A DNA stretch of 64,000 nucleotides from assembly GCA_964526845.1 (NCBI GenBank), contig CAZGMM010000002.1:1183-65182 (forward strand), written 5' to 3'. A program made the translations under genes and the position numbers. Below, in pieces: positions 49,924 to 60,149 of the stretch (position 1 is the first letter of the stretch; the number at the start of each line of letters is the position of its first letter). This DNA is from an uncultured Halanaerobiales bacterium. Lineage in GTDB: Bacteria > Bacillota > Halanaerobiia > Halanaerobiales > M55B127. A model generated the notes under the pieces. That model was given only the letters and a program-made list of their open reading frames with translations. It made no database searches and had not been told where the DNA came from.

Positions 49924-52900
49924 TGAAGTTATCCGATTTCTCGATAAAACGCAGTGTAACGACTGTAATGATGATCATCTTGGTAGTAATATTGGGGTTT
50001 ATCTCTCTTGATAGGTTAAATATTGACCTTCTCCCTAATATTACATTTCCGGGGGCAGCAGTTGTTACTTCCTATCAGGATGCCGGTCCAGAAGAGGTTG
50101 AATCTTTAGTCACTAAGCCCCTGGAAAATTCACTGGCTACGGTAACTAATGTGAAGTCGATTAACTCGACTTCTGATGCCGGTCAGTCCACGATAGTAAT
50201 GGAATTTAACTATGGTACGGACATGGATTTTGCCGCTTTAGATATGCGGGAAGCTACAGATATGGTCTCCGGTATTTTACCCGATGATGCGGGTGAACCG
50301 TTGATCGTCCAGTTTGACCCCTCAATGATCCCAGTTTTACAGCTCGGTGTTTACAGTGGTCAAAACCTGGCAGACTTAAAAACAAATGTAGAAGATAATG
50401 TAATTCCTCGTCTGGAAAGGCTGCCCGGGGTGGCTTCGGTTAATCTAACCGGTGGGCAGGACCGCGAAATATTAATAGAACTAGACCGTAATAAGATGGA
50501 AAATTACGGGGTAGACTTTAATTCCGTCACCCAAAATTTATTACTGGAAAACTTTAACCTTTCTGGTGGAAAGGTAGACCGGGGCAATATTGAATATCTG
50601 GTTCGGGTCACAGGTAAATTTGAAAATATCGATCAGATTAGAGAGGTTTTAATCCCTACCGGTTCGCGTCAAGGGTTTGTTAAACTTAGTGATATAGCTA
50701 ATGTAAAGGACACCTTTAAAGAAATGCAGAGCATTACGCGTGTAAATGAGCAGCCCAGTATCGGCCTAACAATTCAGAAACAGACCGATGCTAATACAGT
50801 AGCCGTTGCCAACCGGGTAAGGGATGAAATAGATGAGATCAAAAAGGACCAACCTAATCTTAATCTGGTTCCCATTGCTGATCAGGCAGAATATATAGAG
50901 GATTCGATCAATACAGTTTATAGGAATGCCCTATTAGGTGGTCTTTTAGCAGTAATAGTCTTATTATTATTCTTGCGTAATTTTAGAAGTACCATTATTA
51001 TTTCACTGGCCATTCCAATTTCGGTTGTAGCCACCTTCCTCCTATTATATTTTGGAGGACTTACTATTAATATTATCTCCCTGGGTGGACTTGCCCTCGG
51101 GATCGGGATGCTGGTTGATAACTCCATTGTGGTTCTGGAAAATATATTCCGGTATAAACAGTATGGTTTAGACCGGGTTGAAGCAGCCAGCCGCGGTAGT
51201 GAAGAGGTGGGAATGGCGATTACAGCCTCTACCTTTACTACCATTGTAGTGTTTTTACCAGTAATATTTGTACAGGGACTAACAGCTCAAATATTTAGAG
51301 AGCTAGCACTGACGGTTAGTTTTTCTCTTTTCGCTTCTTTGATTGTTGCATTAACATTAATCCCGATGCTTTCCTCTAAGATATTAAAACTGAGTAAGAA
51401 ACAGATGAAGTTGGGTAAAGATACAACCTTAGGGTATGTAAAAAGAAGTTACCAAAGTTCGTTAAGATGGTTTTTACACCACCGCTGGCTAATAATTGTC
51501 ATAGTTGTTCTTCTAGGAGTTGGAGCCGGTTTTATAGCAGTTGACTTGGGAACTGAATTCTTACCTCAATTTGACCAGGGACAGTTTACAGTAGAATATA
51601 GTTTGCCGGTTGGAACTGTTATAGAAGAAACAGATGAGGTAGCAGCTCAACTTGAAGATACGATTGATCAAATACCGGAAGTGGAAACGATCTTTACCAG
51701 TATTGGGGTTAGTAATATGATGAGTGGTTCCACTTCCTCTGAAACAGGTTCCTTTACAGTTATCTTAAAGGATTTGGCTGAAAGAGATCGTTCAACCAGT
51801 GAAGTAATGGAAGAATTAAGACAAAAAGTTAAGATACCAGGTGCAGATATAGGTATTGAATCCCAAAGTGGGTTCTTTGGACCGACCGGTGGTGCACCAA
51901 TTAATATCAAAGTGGTTGGACAGAATTTAGAAGAATTAGAAAGACTATCAGGTTTAGTTATGGAACAGATGAGACAGGTCGAAGGTGTAAGAGAGGTGGA
52001 AGATTCCTTTGAAGAAGGAAGACCGGAATTAGTAATCCAAATTGATAGAGCTCTGGCTGCCCGTCTAGGTCTCAGGGTAAGAAGTGTAGCTAATACCGTA
52101 AAGACCGCTATAACGGGAAGTGTAGCTACCCAGTTTGAAGTTGGTGGTGACCAGTATGATGTACGCGTAACCCTGACTGAAGAAGATAAAAGAAACATTG
52201 AACAGATCAAAAATATTATGCTGCCTTCACCGACCGGGGCGAAAGTACCTTTATCTAGAGTAGCTGATTTTGAGATATCAAAAGGGCCCAAACAGATCTT
52301 GCGGATTAATCAGGAGCGTTATGCAGAAATTACTGCTTCCTTATTCCAGACTGACTTGGGTACCGCAGTTAATGAAATACAAGAAAGAATTAATCAAAAT
52401 GTAGAATTTCCGGATGGGTATAATATCAGGTACGGTGGACAGTTCCAGGATTTACAGCAGTCCTTTAACGATCTATTCTATGCATTTTTACTGGCTATTG
52501 TATTAGTCTACATGGTAATGGCCTCCCAGTTTGAATCACTGGTTCATCCCTTGGTTATTATGTTTACAGTGCCCTTGGCTGTGATCGGTGTTATCTTTGG
52601 TTTATATATTACTAATACAACAATCTCAGTACCGGCTTTAATCGGTATAATTACCCTGACCGGTATAGTGGTAAACAACGCGATTGTACTTGTTGATTAT
52701 ATAAATAGGTTAAGAGATGAAGGCAAAACGAAGATAGAATCAATTTTAGAAGCGGGACCGATCAGGCTAAGACCGATTATGATGACTGCCTTAACTACTG
52801 TTTTAGCATTGGTACCTTTAGGATTAGGAATCGGGGAAGGCTCAGAATTAGAACAGCCGCTGGCCATTGTGGTGATTAGTGGACTTTTATTCTCCACATT

Positions 52901-52988
52901 CTTAACCTTATATGTAATTCCGGTATTTTACTCACTGTTTACAGATATCAGTGATAAAATTAAGGAGAAGTTACGAAAAGTAGTTTAA
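49923..52988 (+). CDS. RND family efflux transporter permease (AcrB/HAE1-like)
   Basis: 1021 aa with 12-TM architecture. MKLSDFSIKRSVTTVMM, GGLALGIGMLVDNSIVVLENI, and the duplicated half GIVVNNAIVLVDY. Confidence 0.95.
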   Translation: MKLSDFSIKRSVTTVMMIILVVILGFISLDRLNIDLLPNITFPGAAVVTSYQDAGPEEVESLVTKPLENSLATVTNVKSINSTSDAGQSTIVMEFNYGTDMDFAALDMREATDMVSGILPDDAGEPLIVQFDPSMIPVLQLGVYSGQNLADLKTNVEDNVIPRLERLPGVASVNLTGGQDREILIELDRNKMENYGVDFNSVTQNLLLENFNLSGGKVDRGNIEYLVRVTGKFENIDQIREVLIPTGSRQGFVKLSDIANVKDTFKEMQSITRVNEQPSIGLTIQKQTDANTVAVANRVRDEIDEIKKDQPNLNLVPIADQAEYIEDSINTVYRNALLGGLLAVIVLLLFLRNFRSTIIISLAIPISVVATFLLLYFGGLTINIISLGGLALGIGMLVDNSIVVLENIFRYKQYGLDRVEAASRGSEEVGMAITASTFTTIVVFLPVIFVQGLTAQIFRELALTVSFSLFASLIVALTLIPMLSSKILKLSKKQMKLGKDTTLGYVKRSYQSSLRWFLHHRWLIIVIVVLLGVGAGFIAVDLGTEFLPQFDQGQFTVEYSLPVGTVIEETDEVAAQLEDTIDQIPEVETIFTSIGVSNMMSGSTSSETGSFTVILKDLAERDRSTSEVMEELRQKVKIPGADIGIESQSGFFGPTGGAPINIKVVGQNLEELERLSGLVMEQMRQVEGVREVEDSFEEGRPELVIQIDRALAARLGLRVRSVANTVKTAITGSVATQFEVGGDQYDVRVTLTEEDKRNIEQIKNIMLPSPTGAKVPLSRVADFEISKGPKQILRINQERYAEITASLFQTDLGTAVNEIQERINQNVEFPDGYNIRYGGQFQDLQQSFNDLFYAFLLAIVLVYMVMASQFESLVHPLVIMFTVPLAVIGVIFGLYITNTTISVPALIGIITLTGIVVNNAIVLVDYINRLRDEGKTKIESILEAGPIRLRPIMMTALTTVLALVPLGLGIGEGSELEQPLAIVVISGLLFSTFLTLYVIPVFYSLFTDISDKIKEKLRKVV

Positions 52989-53021
52989 ATAAGCTAAATA
53001 TTTAGTAAATGATAACAAAAA

Positions 53022-53058
53022 GGGGGTTGATTTAATGCAATCAACTCCCCTCTTTGTT
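53022..53058 (+). terminator. Rho-independent terminator after the RND operon
   Basis: GGGGGTTGA / TCAACTCCCC imperfect stem followed by TCTTTGTTT. Confidence 0.65.
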
Positions 53059-53096
53059 TAACTCTTACAAAAAACCTATTAAATCTGCTTAATATA

Positions 53097-53125
53097 TTGT
53101 ATTTTTACCATCATTATGTTAAAAT
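53097..53125 (+). promoter_or_regulatory. Sigma-A promoter of secG
   Basis: TTGTAT, 17 nt, TAAAAT with TGn extension. Confidence 0.5.
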
Positions 53126-53179
53126 GTAAAAGTGCTGAGGAATGAATAGCGAAATAATAATAGTTGGGGGTGACCTATA

Positions 53180-53401
53180 GTGTTTGCACTAAAAATCTTT
53201 CACTTAATAGTTGCGATAGCAGTAATAGTAGGTGTGTTACTTCAATCAGGAAAAAGTGCTGGTATGTCCGGTGTTATTGACGGTGGAGCCAGTCAATTTT
53301 TCGGTAAAAAGAATAAAGGTTTGGATGAAAAATTAAGTAAGTTTACAACAGTAGCTGCTATAGTGTTTATGTTAACTTCATTAATCATTGCATTTATCTA
53401 A
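53180..53401 (+). CDS. secG: Preprotein translocase subunit SecG
   Basis: GTG start after GGGGGTGA. Two TM helices with LLQSGKSAGMSG...FFG between them. Confidence 0.9.
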   Translation: MFALKIFHLIVAIAVIVGVLLQSGKSAGMSGVIDGGASQFFGKKNKGLDEKLSKFTTVAAIVFMLTSLIIAFI

Positions 53402-53434
53402 AAAATTAAATATAGACATGGGGGTGTTCGAAAT

Positions 53435-55387
53435 ATGAATTTTATAACTCCTACTGCAGGAGTGATTGCACTATTATTCGCATTATATATGGCCTCTAAA
53501 GTTATGAAAGCTGATATGGGTACTGATAGAATGAAAGAACTATCAAGATCCATTAACGAAGGAGCAATGGCTTTTTTAGGCCGTGAATATAGAATATTAG
53601 TGTTTTTTGTTTTAATTGTAGCAGTAATTATGAGTTTCACAGGTAATTTAGGCTGGCAGACCGCTGTTTCATTTATACTAGGAGCAATTTTTTCTGGACT
53701 GGCTGGATTTATTGGGATGCAGATTGCTACCAAGGCCAATGCCAGAACTACAAATGCTGCTCAGAGCAGTTTAAATGAGGCCCTACAGATTGCCTTTTCT
53801 GGTGGCTCGGTAATGGGTATGTCAGTTGTGGGTTTAGGTACACTTGGACTAGGAATTTTATACATCTTTTTTACTAAAAATATTGATTATATTAGAGGTT
53901 TTGCTTTTGGAGCCAGTTCTATTGCTCTTTTTGCACGTGTAGGCGGTGGAATTTATACCAAGGCTGCCGATGTAGGAGCTGACCTAGTAGGTAAGGTCGA
54001 AGCTGGTATTCCGGAAGATGATCCCAGAAACCCGGCTGTAATTGCTGATAATGTAGGAGACAATGTCGGCGATGTAGCTGGAATGGGAGCAGACCTTTTT
54101 GAATCATATGTCGGTTCTATTGTCGCAGCAATGACATTAGGAACCGTAATGAGTGTTAACCATGTGGTTACACCATTATTACTGGCAGCAGTAGGAATCG
54201 TGTCTGCCATTATAGGTAGTCAGTTTATTAAATTAAAGGAAGGCGGTAACCCTGCTAAGGCACTTGAAAAAGGCACAATCGGTAGTGCTATATTAATGGT
54301 TATCGGAGCTTTCTTTTTAATCAGGTATATGATTGGAGATATCGGGGTGTTTTATGCTGTAGTAGCCGGACTTGTTGCCGGTATTTTAATCGGCAGGATT
54401 ACAGAATACTATACCTCAGACCAATTTGGTCCCGTTAAATATATTGCAGAACAGTCTGAATCTGGCGCTGCGACTAATATCATAAGCGGCCTATCGGTTG
54501 GTATGAGAAGTACCCTATTTCCGATCTTAGTAATTGCTGTTGTTATCTTTATTGCCTATTACTTTGCAGGACTTTACGGTATTGCAATGGCTGCTGTCGG
54601 CATGTTAGCTACAACCGGTGTTACTCTCTCAATTGATGCCTATGGGCCAATTGCTGATAACGCTGGTGGGATTGCCGAGATGGCAGAATTACCAGCAGAA
54701 GTTCGCGAAAGAACAGATAAATTAGATTCAGTCGGAAATACAACAGCTGCTATCGGTAAGGGTTTTGCAATCGGTTCGGCTGCCTTAACGGCTTTATCAT
54801 TATTTGCAGCTTTTTCTTCAGCTGTAAATCTAGATGGAATAAGTCTTACTAATCCTAATGTTATTATTGGGCTATTCATTGGCGCTATGTTACCATTCCT
54901 CTTCTCATCACTAACAATGGAAGCTGTAGGAAAAGCAGCCTTCCAGATGATTGCTGAAGTAAGAAGACAGTTTAAAGAAATTCCCGGTATTATGGAGGGA
55001 GAAGGTACACCCGACTATAAGAAGTGTGTTGATATCTCAACCGCAGCCGCTTTAAAACAGATGGTAATACCCGGACTTCTCGCCGTTATTGTACCCGTCG
55101 CAGTTGGCTTATGGAACGTACATGCTTTAGGCGGGCTTTTGGCCGGTGCCCTAAGTTCAGGCGTTCTCTTAGCGATTATGATGGCAAATGCAGGCGGAGC
55201 ATGGGACAATGCTAAAAAATATATTGAAGCAGGTAACTTCGGCGGTAAAGGTACCGATACCCATGCCGCTTCCGTTGTTGGAGATACAGTTGGTGATCCG
55301 TTCAAGGATACAGCTGGTCCAGCACTTAATATTTTAATTAAGTTAATGACAATAGTTTCATTAGTATTCGCACCACTATTTATCTAA
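53435..55387 (+). CDS. hppA: Membrane-bound ion-translocating pyrophosphatase (K+-dependent subfamily signature)
   Basis: [49 protein letters not shown] (Ala at the K+-dependence position), [11 protein letters not shown]. Confidence 0.95.
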   Translation: MNFITPTAGVIALLFALYMASKVMKADMGTDRMKELSRSINEGAMAFLGREYRILVFFVLIVAVIMSFTGNLGWQTAVSFILGAIFSGLAGFIGMQIATKANARTTNAAQSSLNEALQIAFSGGSVMGMSVVGLGTLGLGILYIFFTKNIDYIRGFAFGASSIALFARVGGGIYTKAADVGADLVGKVEAGIPEDDPRNPAVIADNVGDNVGDVAGMGADLFESYVGSIVAAMTLGTVMSVNHVVTPLLLAAVGIVSAIIGSQFIKLKEGGNPAKALEKGTIGSAILMVIGAFFLIRYMIGDIGVFYAVVAGLVAGILIGRITEYYTSDQFGPVKYIAEQSESGAATNIISGLSVGMRSTLFPILVIAVVIFIAYYFAGLYGIAMAAVGMLATTGVTLSIDAYGPIADNAGGIAEMAELPAEVRERTDKLDSVGNTTAAIGKGFAIGSAALTALSLFAAFSSAVNLDGISLTNPNVIIGLFIGAMLPFLFSSLTMEAVGKAAFQMIAEVRRQFKEIPGIMEGEGTPDYKKCVDISTAAALKQMVIPGLLAVIVPVAVGLWNVHALGGLLAGALSSGVLLAIMMANAGGAWDNAKKYIEAGNFGGKGTDTHAASVVGDTVGDPFKDTAGPALNILIKLMTIVSLVFAPLFI

Positions 55388-55424
55388 GAGATTAAAATAA
55401 AAGATCTTCTAATATTAAGATATG

Positions 55425-55469
55425 AAAAGGGCAATTATCTTCTGTAACAGGGGGTTTTTGCCTTTTTTT
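55425..55469 (+). terminator. Possible terminator after hppA
   Basis: AAAAGGGCAA / TTGCCTTTTT pairing with a large loop, then a T-run. Confidence 0.4.
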
Positions 55470-55492
55470 AATTTTACCCAAGAGGTGATATA

Positions 55493-55897
55493 ATGGATTT
55501 AGGAAACGATAATATGTGTTTTGCCTGTGGAGAGGATAATCCAATCTCTCTCGGCTTGAAGTTTACAAAGATAGGAGATAAAAAAGTCAAAGCAGCTTTT
55601 ACCCCACAAGATGTTCACCAAGGTTATGACGGAATTATGCACGGCGGCTTGATCACCACCCTATTAGATGAAGCAATGGCCAAGGTATTATCATTAAATA
55701 ATATCCCGGCCTTAACCGCCCGCATGAATATCAGGTTTAAGCATCCCCTGCCCATTGGGACGAAGTTAGTAGTTACAGCTGAAATAATCAAGAATAAAAC
55801 AGGACTATACTTTACTGAGGCAGAAGTAAGAAGTACAGAAGGTAAATTATATGCAAGTGGAGAAGCAAAATTTATGCAGGTAAAGGAGGCAAAATAA
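55493..55897 (+). CDS. PaaI-family hotdog-fold thioesterase
   Basis: N-terminal CFACGEDNP, GIMHGGLITTLLDEAM. Confidence 0.85.
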   Translation: MDLGNDNMCFACGEDNPISLGLKFTKIGDKKVKAAFTPQDVHQGYDGIMHGGLITTLLDEAMAKVLSLNNIPALTARMNIRFKHPLPIGTKLVVTAEIIKNKTGLYFTEAEVRSTEGKLYASGEAKFMQVKEAK

Positions 55898-55898
55898 A

Positions 55899-56450
55899 AT
55901 GGAAAGAGAAGAAGCTTATCAATTAGTAAAAGAAAACATAAGTCAAGATAATTTAGTAAAACACTGTCTGGCTGTAGAAGCAGTGATGAAAAGGTTGGCG
56001 GAGTACTTTGATAAGGATGAAGAAAAATGGGGATTAACCGGGTTACTTCATGATATTGACTATGAAGAGACAGCCGATGATCCCGAGCAGCACAGTATTG
56101 TAGGGGCAGAGATGTTAAAAGAGATGGGTATGGATGATGATATTGTCTATGCCGTTAAGGTCCATAACCATGAACACGGCTTTGAAAGAAAGTCACTCAT
56201 GGATAAGGCCCTTTATGCTAGCGACCCCCTGACAGGTTTAATCGTAGCTTCCGCTTTGATTCACCCCGAAAAAAGTTTAGAAGCGGTTGACACCGAATTT
56301 GTTATGAATAGGTATTCCGAGAGTTCCTTTGCCAAGGGAGCTGATCGAGACGTAATAGCTTCCTGTAAAGAGATGGATTTAAGTTTAGAAGAGTTTATTG
56401 GACTTGCTTTAGAAGGGATGAAGTCTATTTCTGATGATTTAGGCCTCTAG
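55899..56450 (+). CDS. HD-domain phosphohydrolase
   Basis: KHCLAVEAVM..., GLLHDIDYE (HD dyad). Confidence 0.8.
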   Translation: MEREEAYQLVKENISQDNLVKHCLAVEAVMKRLAEYFDKDEEKWGLTGLLHDIDYEETADDPEQHSIVGAEMLKEMGMDDDIVYAVKVHNHEHGFERKSLMDKALYASDPLTGLIVASALIHPEKSLEAVDTEFVMNRYSESSFAKGADRDVIASCKEMDLSLEEFIGLALEGMKSISDDLGL

Positions 56451-56489
56451 TTGTATTGGACTCCGGTGAATTGAAGGGAAGCGATTACT

Positions 56490-57485
56490 ATGATTTTAGT
56501 AACCGGGGCAACAGGACATTTAGGCAACGTTTTAGTAAGAAAACTTTTAAAAGAAACCAAAGAGAATATAAGGGTATTAGTACTGCCGGGTAAAGATTAC
56601 AGTATCTTAGAAGATTTCGATATTGAAATCATAGAAGGGGATATCTGTGATTTAAATTCCGTGTTACCTGCTTTTGAAGAGGCTGATCTGGTTTATCACC
56701 TAGCAGGCAGAGTATCTATAAAAGATTTTGACCCTGCCCTGAAAACAATCAATTTGGATGGCACTAAGAATGTAATTAAAGCCTGTCTGGATAACCAGGT
56801 TAAAAGACTTCTTTATGTAAGTACTGTCCATGTATTTGTACCAGAAGTGATCAGTGAGATAACCGAAGAAAATCCTATCGTTATTAAGGAGTTAAGGGGC
56901 GAATATTCTAAAACAAAGGCCATGGCTACCCTGGAAGTTATGAGGGCTTCCCATTGGGACTTAGATGCTGTAATTGTCTATCCCAGCGGTATAATAGGTC
57001 CTTATGATTATCGGATTTCTCCCATGAGCCGCTTAATAATAGATCACATAAAAGGTAAGTTTATGTGTTCAGTAGAAGGTTCTTATGATTTTGTTGACGT
57101 CAGAGATGTAGCTGATGGAATAATCAAAGCAGCTGAGCACGGCAAAAAAGGGGAAGGCTATATCCTGTCCGGTAAGAATATATCGATCAATGAAATTTTT
57201 AAAATAATAGATGGTTTAAAAAAACCATTTTTTAAAACTTTTAATCTGCCCTTGTGGATGGCTAAAATCGGTATCCCATTTTCTCATACCTATAATAAGA
57301 TAGTAGGGTGTGAGAACTTATTAACCCGCTATGCCCTCTACACATTAAATACTCATACTAAGTTTTCCAATAAAAAAGCAAAGGTTAATCTGGGCTTTAA
57401 GCCCCGACCGATCAAGATTACACTGGCAGATACTATAGAATGGTTAGAAGAGCATGGCTTAATTAAAGAGGAGGTCTATCGATGA
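56490..57485 (+). CDS. NAD(P)-dependent epimerase/dehydratase-family SDR
   Basis: ILVTGATGHLGNVLVRKLL Rossmann motif; YSKTK (YxxxK). Confidence 0.85.
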   Translation: MILVTGATGHLGNVLVRKLLKETKENIRVLVLPGKDYSILEDFDIEIIEGDICDLNSVLPAFEEADLVYHLAGRVSIKDFDPALKTINLDGTKNVIKACLDNQVKRLLYVSTVHVFVPEVISEITEENPIVIKELRGEYSKTKAMATLEVMRASHWDLDAVIVYPSGIIGPYDYRISPMSRLIIDHIKGKFMCSVEGSYDFVDVRDVADGIIKAAEHGKKGEGYILSGKNISINEIFKIIDGLKKPFFKTFNLPLWMAKIGIPFSHTYNKIVGCENLLTRYALYTLNTHTKFSNKKAKVNLGFKPRPIKITLADTIEWLEEHGLIKEEVYR

Positions 57486-59599
57486 GTGCAAGGTCAAAAC
57501 TGCTTGATTTTTTAGAGGAAGCATATAGGCCAATGACAAAAGAAGAATTAATGGAAGAGTTTGAGATCTCATCTCAACAAAAACAGCATTTCGAAGACTT
57601 ATTAAAACAACTGCAGAAAGATGGTTTAATCTACAAAAGCAAACAGGACAAGTACGGTCTGCCCGAGAAGTTTGATCTGGTAGCGGGCCGGATAGATAAA
57701 AACCCGCGTGGTTTTGGATTTTTAATTCCAGAAGAACCGGGCCATGAAGATATTTTTATCAACCCTACTAATCTAAATGGAGCCATGCACAATGACAAGG
57801 TCTATGTCAAGAAGGTGCCGGGCAGTTCGGGTAAAAAGGCCGAAGGTGAAGTTGTCGAAATCATTGAAAGGGCCAATACCCAGATTGTCGGCCGGTTTGA
57901 AAAGGTTAAGAACTACGGCTTTGTAGTTGCTGATAATAAGAGGATAAGTTATGATATATTTATTCCGGGTGCCCATATAAACGATGCTAAAAACAACCAG
58001 AAAGTAGTAGCTGAGATTACGGAATGGCCTAAAAAAAATAGAAATCCAGAAGGTAAGATCACTGAAATTTTGGGGTATCAGGATGAAAAAGGCGTCGATA
58101 TCGAGGCCATTATCCGCCAGTTAGAACTACCGGGTGATTTTCCCGGGCGAGTTAAGAATGAACTGGCCAGAATTCCAGAGAACATTCCGGCTGAAGAGAT
58201 TGAAAAACGCAGAGACCTTAGAGATCTTCCCATGGTTACCATTGACGGGGAAGATGCCAAGGACTTTGATGATGCAGTTTCTATCGAAAAATTATCTGAT
58301 AATAAGGTGCGGTTGGGAGTGCATATCGCAGATGTAACTTACTATGTTCAGGAGGATACGAATTTGGATGAAGAAGCCCTGCATCGGGGAACCAGTATCT
58401 ATCTGGTAGATAGGGTGATTCCGATGTTACCGCAGAAGTTATCCAATAATCTCTGCAGCCTGCGCCCGAATGAAGACAGGCTTTCGATGTCGGTCTTAAT
58501 GGATATCCAGTTAAATCCCTTATCTTTAGAGAGTTATGATATAACACCTTCCATTATAAATTCAAATCATAGAATGACATATAATGAAGTGCAGAGTATC
58601 TTGGTTCATGAAAATAGGGAACTGAGGGAACTTTATGATGACTTCGTGGACCAATTAGAACTTATGAATGTACTAAGAGATAAGTTAAGAACTAAAAGAT
58701 TTAATGAGGGAAGTATAGATTTTGAAAGAACAGAAGTTAAAGTTATTTTAGATGACAAGGGTAAACCGATAGATATCCAGCAGGAAAGACATGGTGTGGC
58801 CGAACAGTTAATTGAAGAATTTATGATCATGGCCAATAAAGTTGTAGCAGAAGACATGTACTGGCGGGATGTACCCTTTATCTATAGGATCCATGAACCA
58901 CCCGATCAAGAAAGGCTTAAGGAGTTTAATGAGTTCATCCATAACTTCGGCTACCATGTTAAGGGGATAGATAGTGAGGTTAATTCCAGCGCCCTACAGG
59001 ATGTCTTAAATCAGGTAGAAGATGAACCAGAAGAAAATTTAATTAATACCGTCCTGCTCAGGACCATGAAAAAAGCAATCTATTCTCAGCATAATATCGG
59101 ACACTATGGACTGGGCTTAGATTACTATACTCACTTTACTTCCCCGATTAGAAGGTATCCCGATTTAATGATCCATAGGATTATAAAAGAAGTTTTAAAA
59201 CATGGTAAGTTACCAAATAAGAGATTTAATGAATTAGAAGAAAGAATTCCCAGTATAGCTGACCACAGCTCCCTACAGGAAAGAAGGGCTATGGAAGCTG
59301 AGCGGGATTCAGTTGAACTGAAAAAGATTGAATATATGCAGGATAAGGTCGGTGAAGAATTTGAAGGTTTAGTCAGCGGTATTACTAGCTTTGGCTTTTT
59401 CGTCGAATTAGAAAATACGGTTGAAGGATTAGTCCATGTGGAAGACCTAAAAGATGACTACTATCATATCAGGCAGGACATTCATGCCCTGGTAGGAGAG
59501 AGAACAAATAAAAGATATAGATTAGGTGACGAAGTCAAGGTGAAAGTAATCCGGGTCGACCCGGAAGAAAGAGAGATTGACTTTATCCTGGTTGATTGA
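57482..59599 (+). CDS. rnr: Ribonuclease R
   Basis: Cold-shock-like N-terminal domains, RNB core ([26 protein letters not shown]), C-terminal S1 domain. ATGA overlap with the upstream gene. Confidence 0.96.
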   Translation: MSARSKLLDFLEEAYRPMTKEELMEEFEISSQQKQHFEDLLKQLQKDGLIYKSKQDKYGLPEKFDLVAGRIDKNPRGFGFLIPEEPGHEDIFINPTNLNGAMHNDKVYVKKVPGSSGKKAEGEVVEIIERANTQIVGRFEKVKNYGFVVADNKRISYDIFIPGAHINDAKNNQKVVAEITEWPKKNRNPEGKITEILGYQDEKGVDIEAIIRQLELPGDFPGRVKNELARIPENIPAEEIEKRRDLRDLPMVTIDGEDAKDFDDAVSIEKLSDNKVRLGVHIADVTYYVQEDTNLDEEALHRGTSIYLVDRVIPMLPQKLSNNLCSLRPNEDRLSMSVLMDIQLNPLSLESYDITPSIINSNHRMTYNEVQSILVHENRELRELYDDFVDQLELMNVLRDKLRTKRFNEGSIDFERTEVKVILDDKGKPIDIQQERHGVAEQLIEEFMIMANKVVAEDMYWRDVPFIYRIHEPPDQERLKEFNEFIHNFGYHVKGIDSEVNSSALQDVLNQVEDEPEENLINTVLLRTMKKAIYSQHNIGHYGLGLDYYTHFTSPIRRYPDLMIHRIIKEVLKHGKLPNKRFNELEERIPSIADHSSLQERRAMEAERDSVELKKIEYMQDKVGEEFEGLVSGITSFGFFVELENTVEGLVHVEDLKDDYYHIRQDIHALVGERTNKRYRLGDEVKVKVIRVDPEEREIDFILVD

Positions 59600-59615
59600 T
59601 TTAAGGAGTGGTAAG

Positions 59616-60089
59616 ATGAGTGATGATATAAAAGTGATAGCAAGAAATAAAAAAGCAAAACATGACTACCATATTGAGGAGACTTATGAGGCCGGAATTA
59701 TATTAAAAGGTACCGAGATTAAGTCGATAAGGAATAGGAATGTAAACTTAAAAGATAGTTTTGCTATGGTGGAAAACGGAGAAGTTTTCTTATATAATAT
59801 GCATATAAGCCCCTATAAACAGGGTAACCGGTATAACCACGATCCAGAAAGAAAGAGAAAACTTCTTCTTCACAAAAATGAGATAAGAAAGTTAATCGGT
59901 TATACCAAGAGAAAGGGTTATACCTTAGTACCTTTAAGAGTCTATTTAAAGAATAACCTGGCCAAAGTTGAGCTTGCCCTGGCCAAGGGTAAAAATGTGC
60001 GTGATAAACGTAGAGATATTGCTAAAAAGACAGCTGAAAGAGAGATCGAACGTGCTTATCGCAGGCGACTAAAAGGTAAAGACTATTAA
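59616..60089 (+). CDS. smpB: SsrA-binding protein SmpB
   Basis: ATG 59616 after [40 protein letters not shown]. Confidence 0.96.
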   Translation: MSDDIKVIARNKKAKHDYHIEETYEAGIILKGTEIKSIRNRNVNLKDSFAMVENGEVFLYNMHISPYKQGNRYNHDPERKRKLLLHKNEIRKLIGYTKRKGYTLVPLRVYLKNNLAKVELALAKGKNVRDKRRDIAKKTAEREIERAYRRRLKGKDY

Positions 60090-60093
60090 TCTT

Positions 60094-60120
60094 AAGCGGG
60101 GCTTGCCCCGTTTAATTTTT
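60094..60120 (+). terminator. Rho-independent terminator after smpB
   Basis: AAGCGGGG / CCCCGTTT stem with CTTG loop, then TAATTTTT. Confidence 0.8.
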
Positions 60121-60149
60121 ACTTTAAATGATGAGGAGGGTTGTAAATA

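Noticed and set aside
60090-60149. Expected tmRNA (ssrA) gene downstream of smpB
   Set aside because: The gap is only 60 nt and consists of a terminator plus the GH32 RBS. No tRNA-like acceptor start or tag ORF was seen. This cannot be excluded without a covariance-model scan of the whole replicon.
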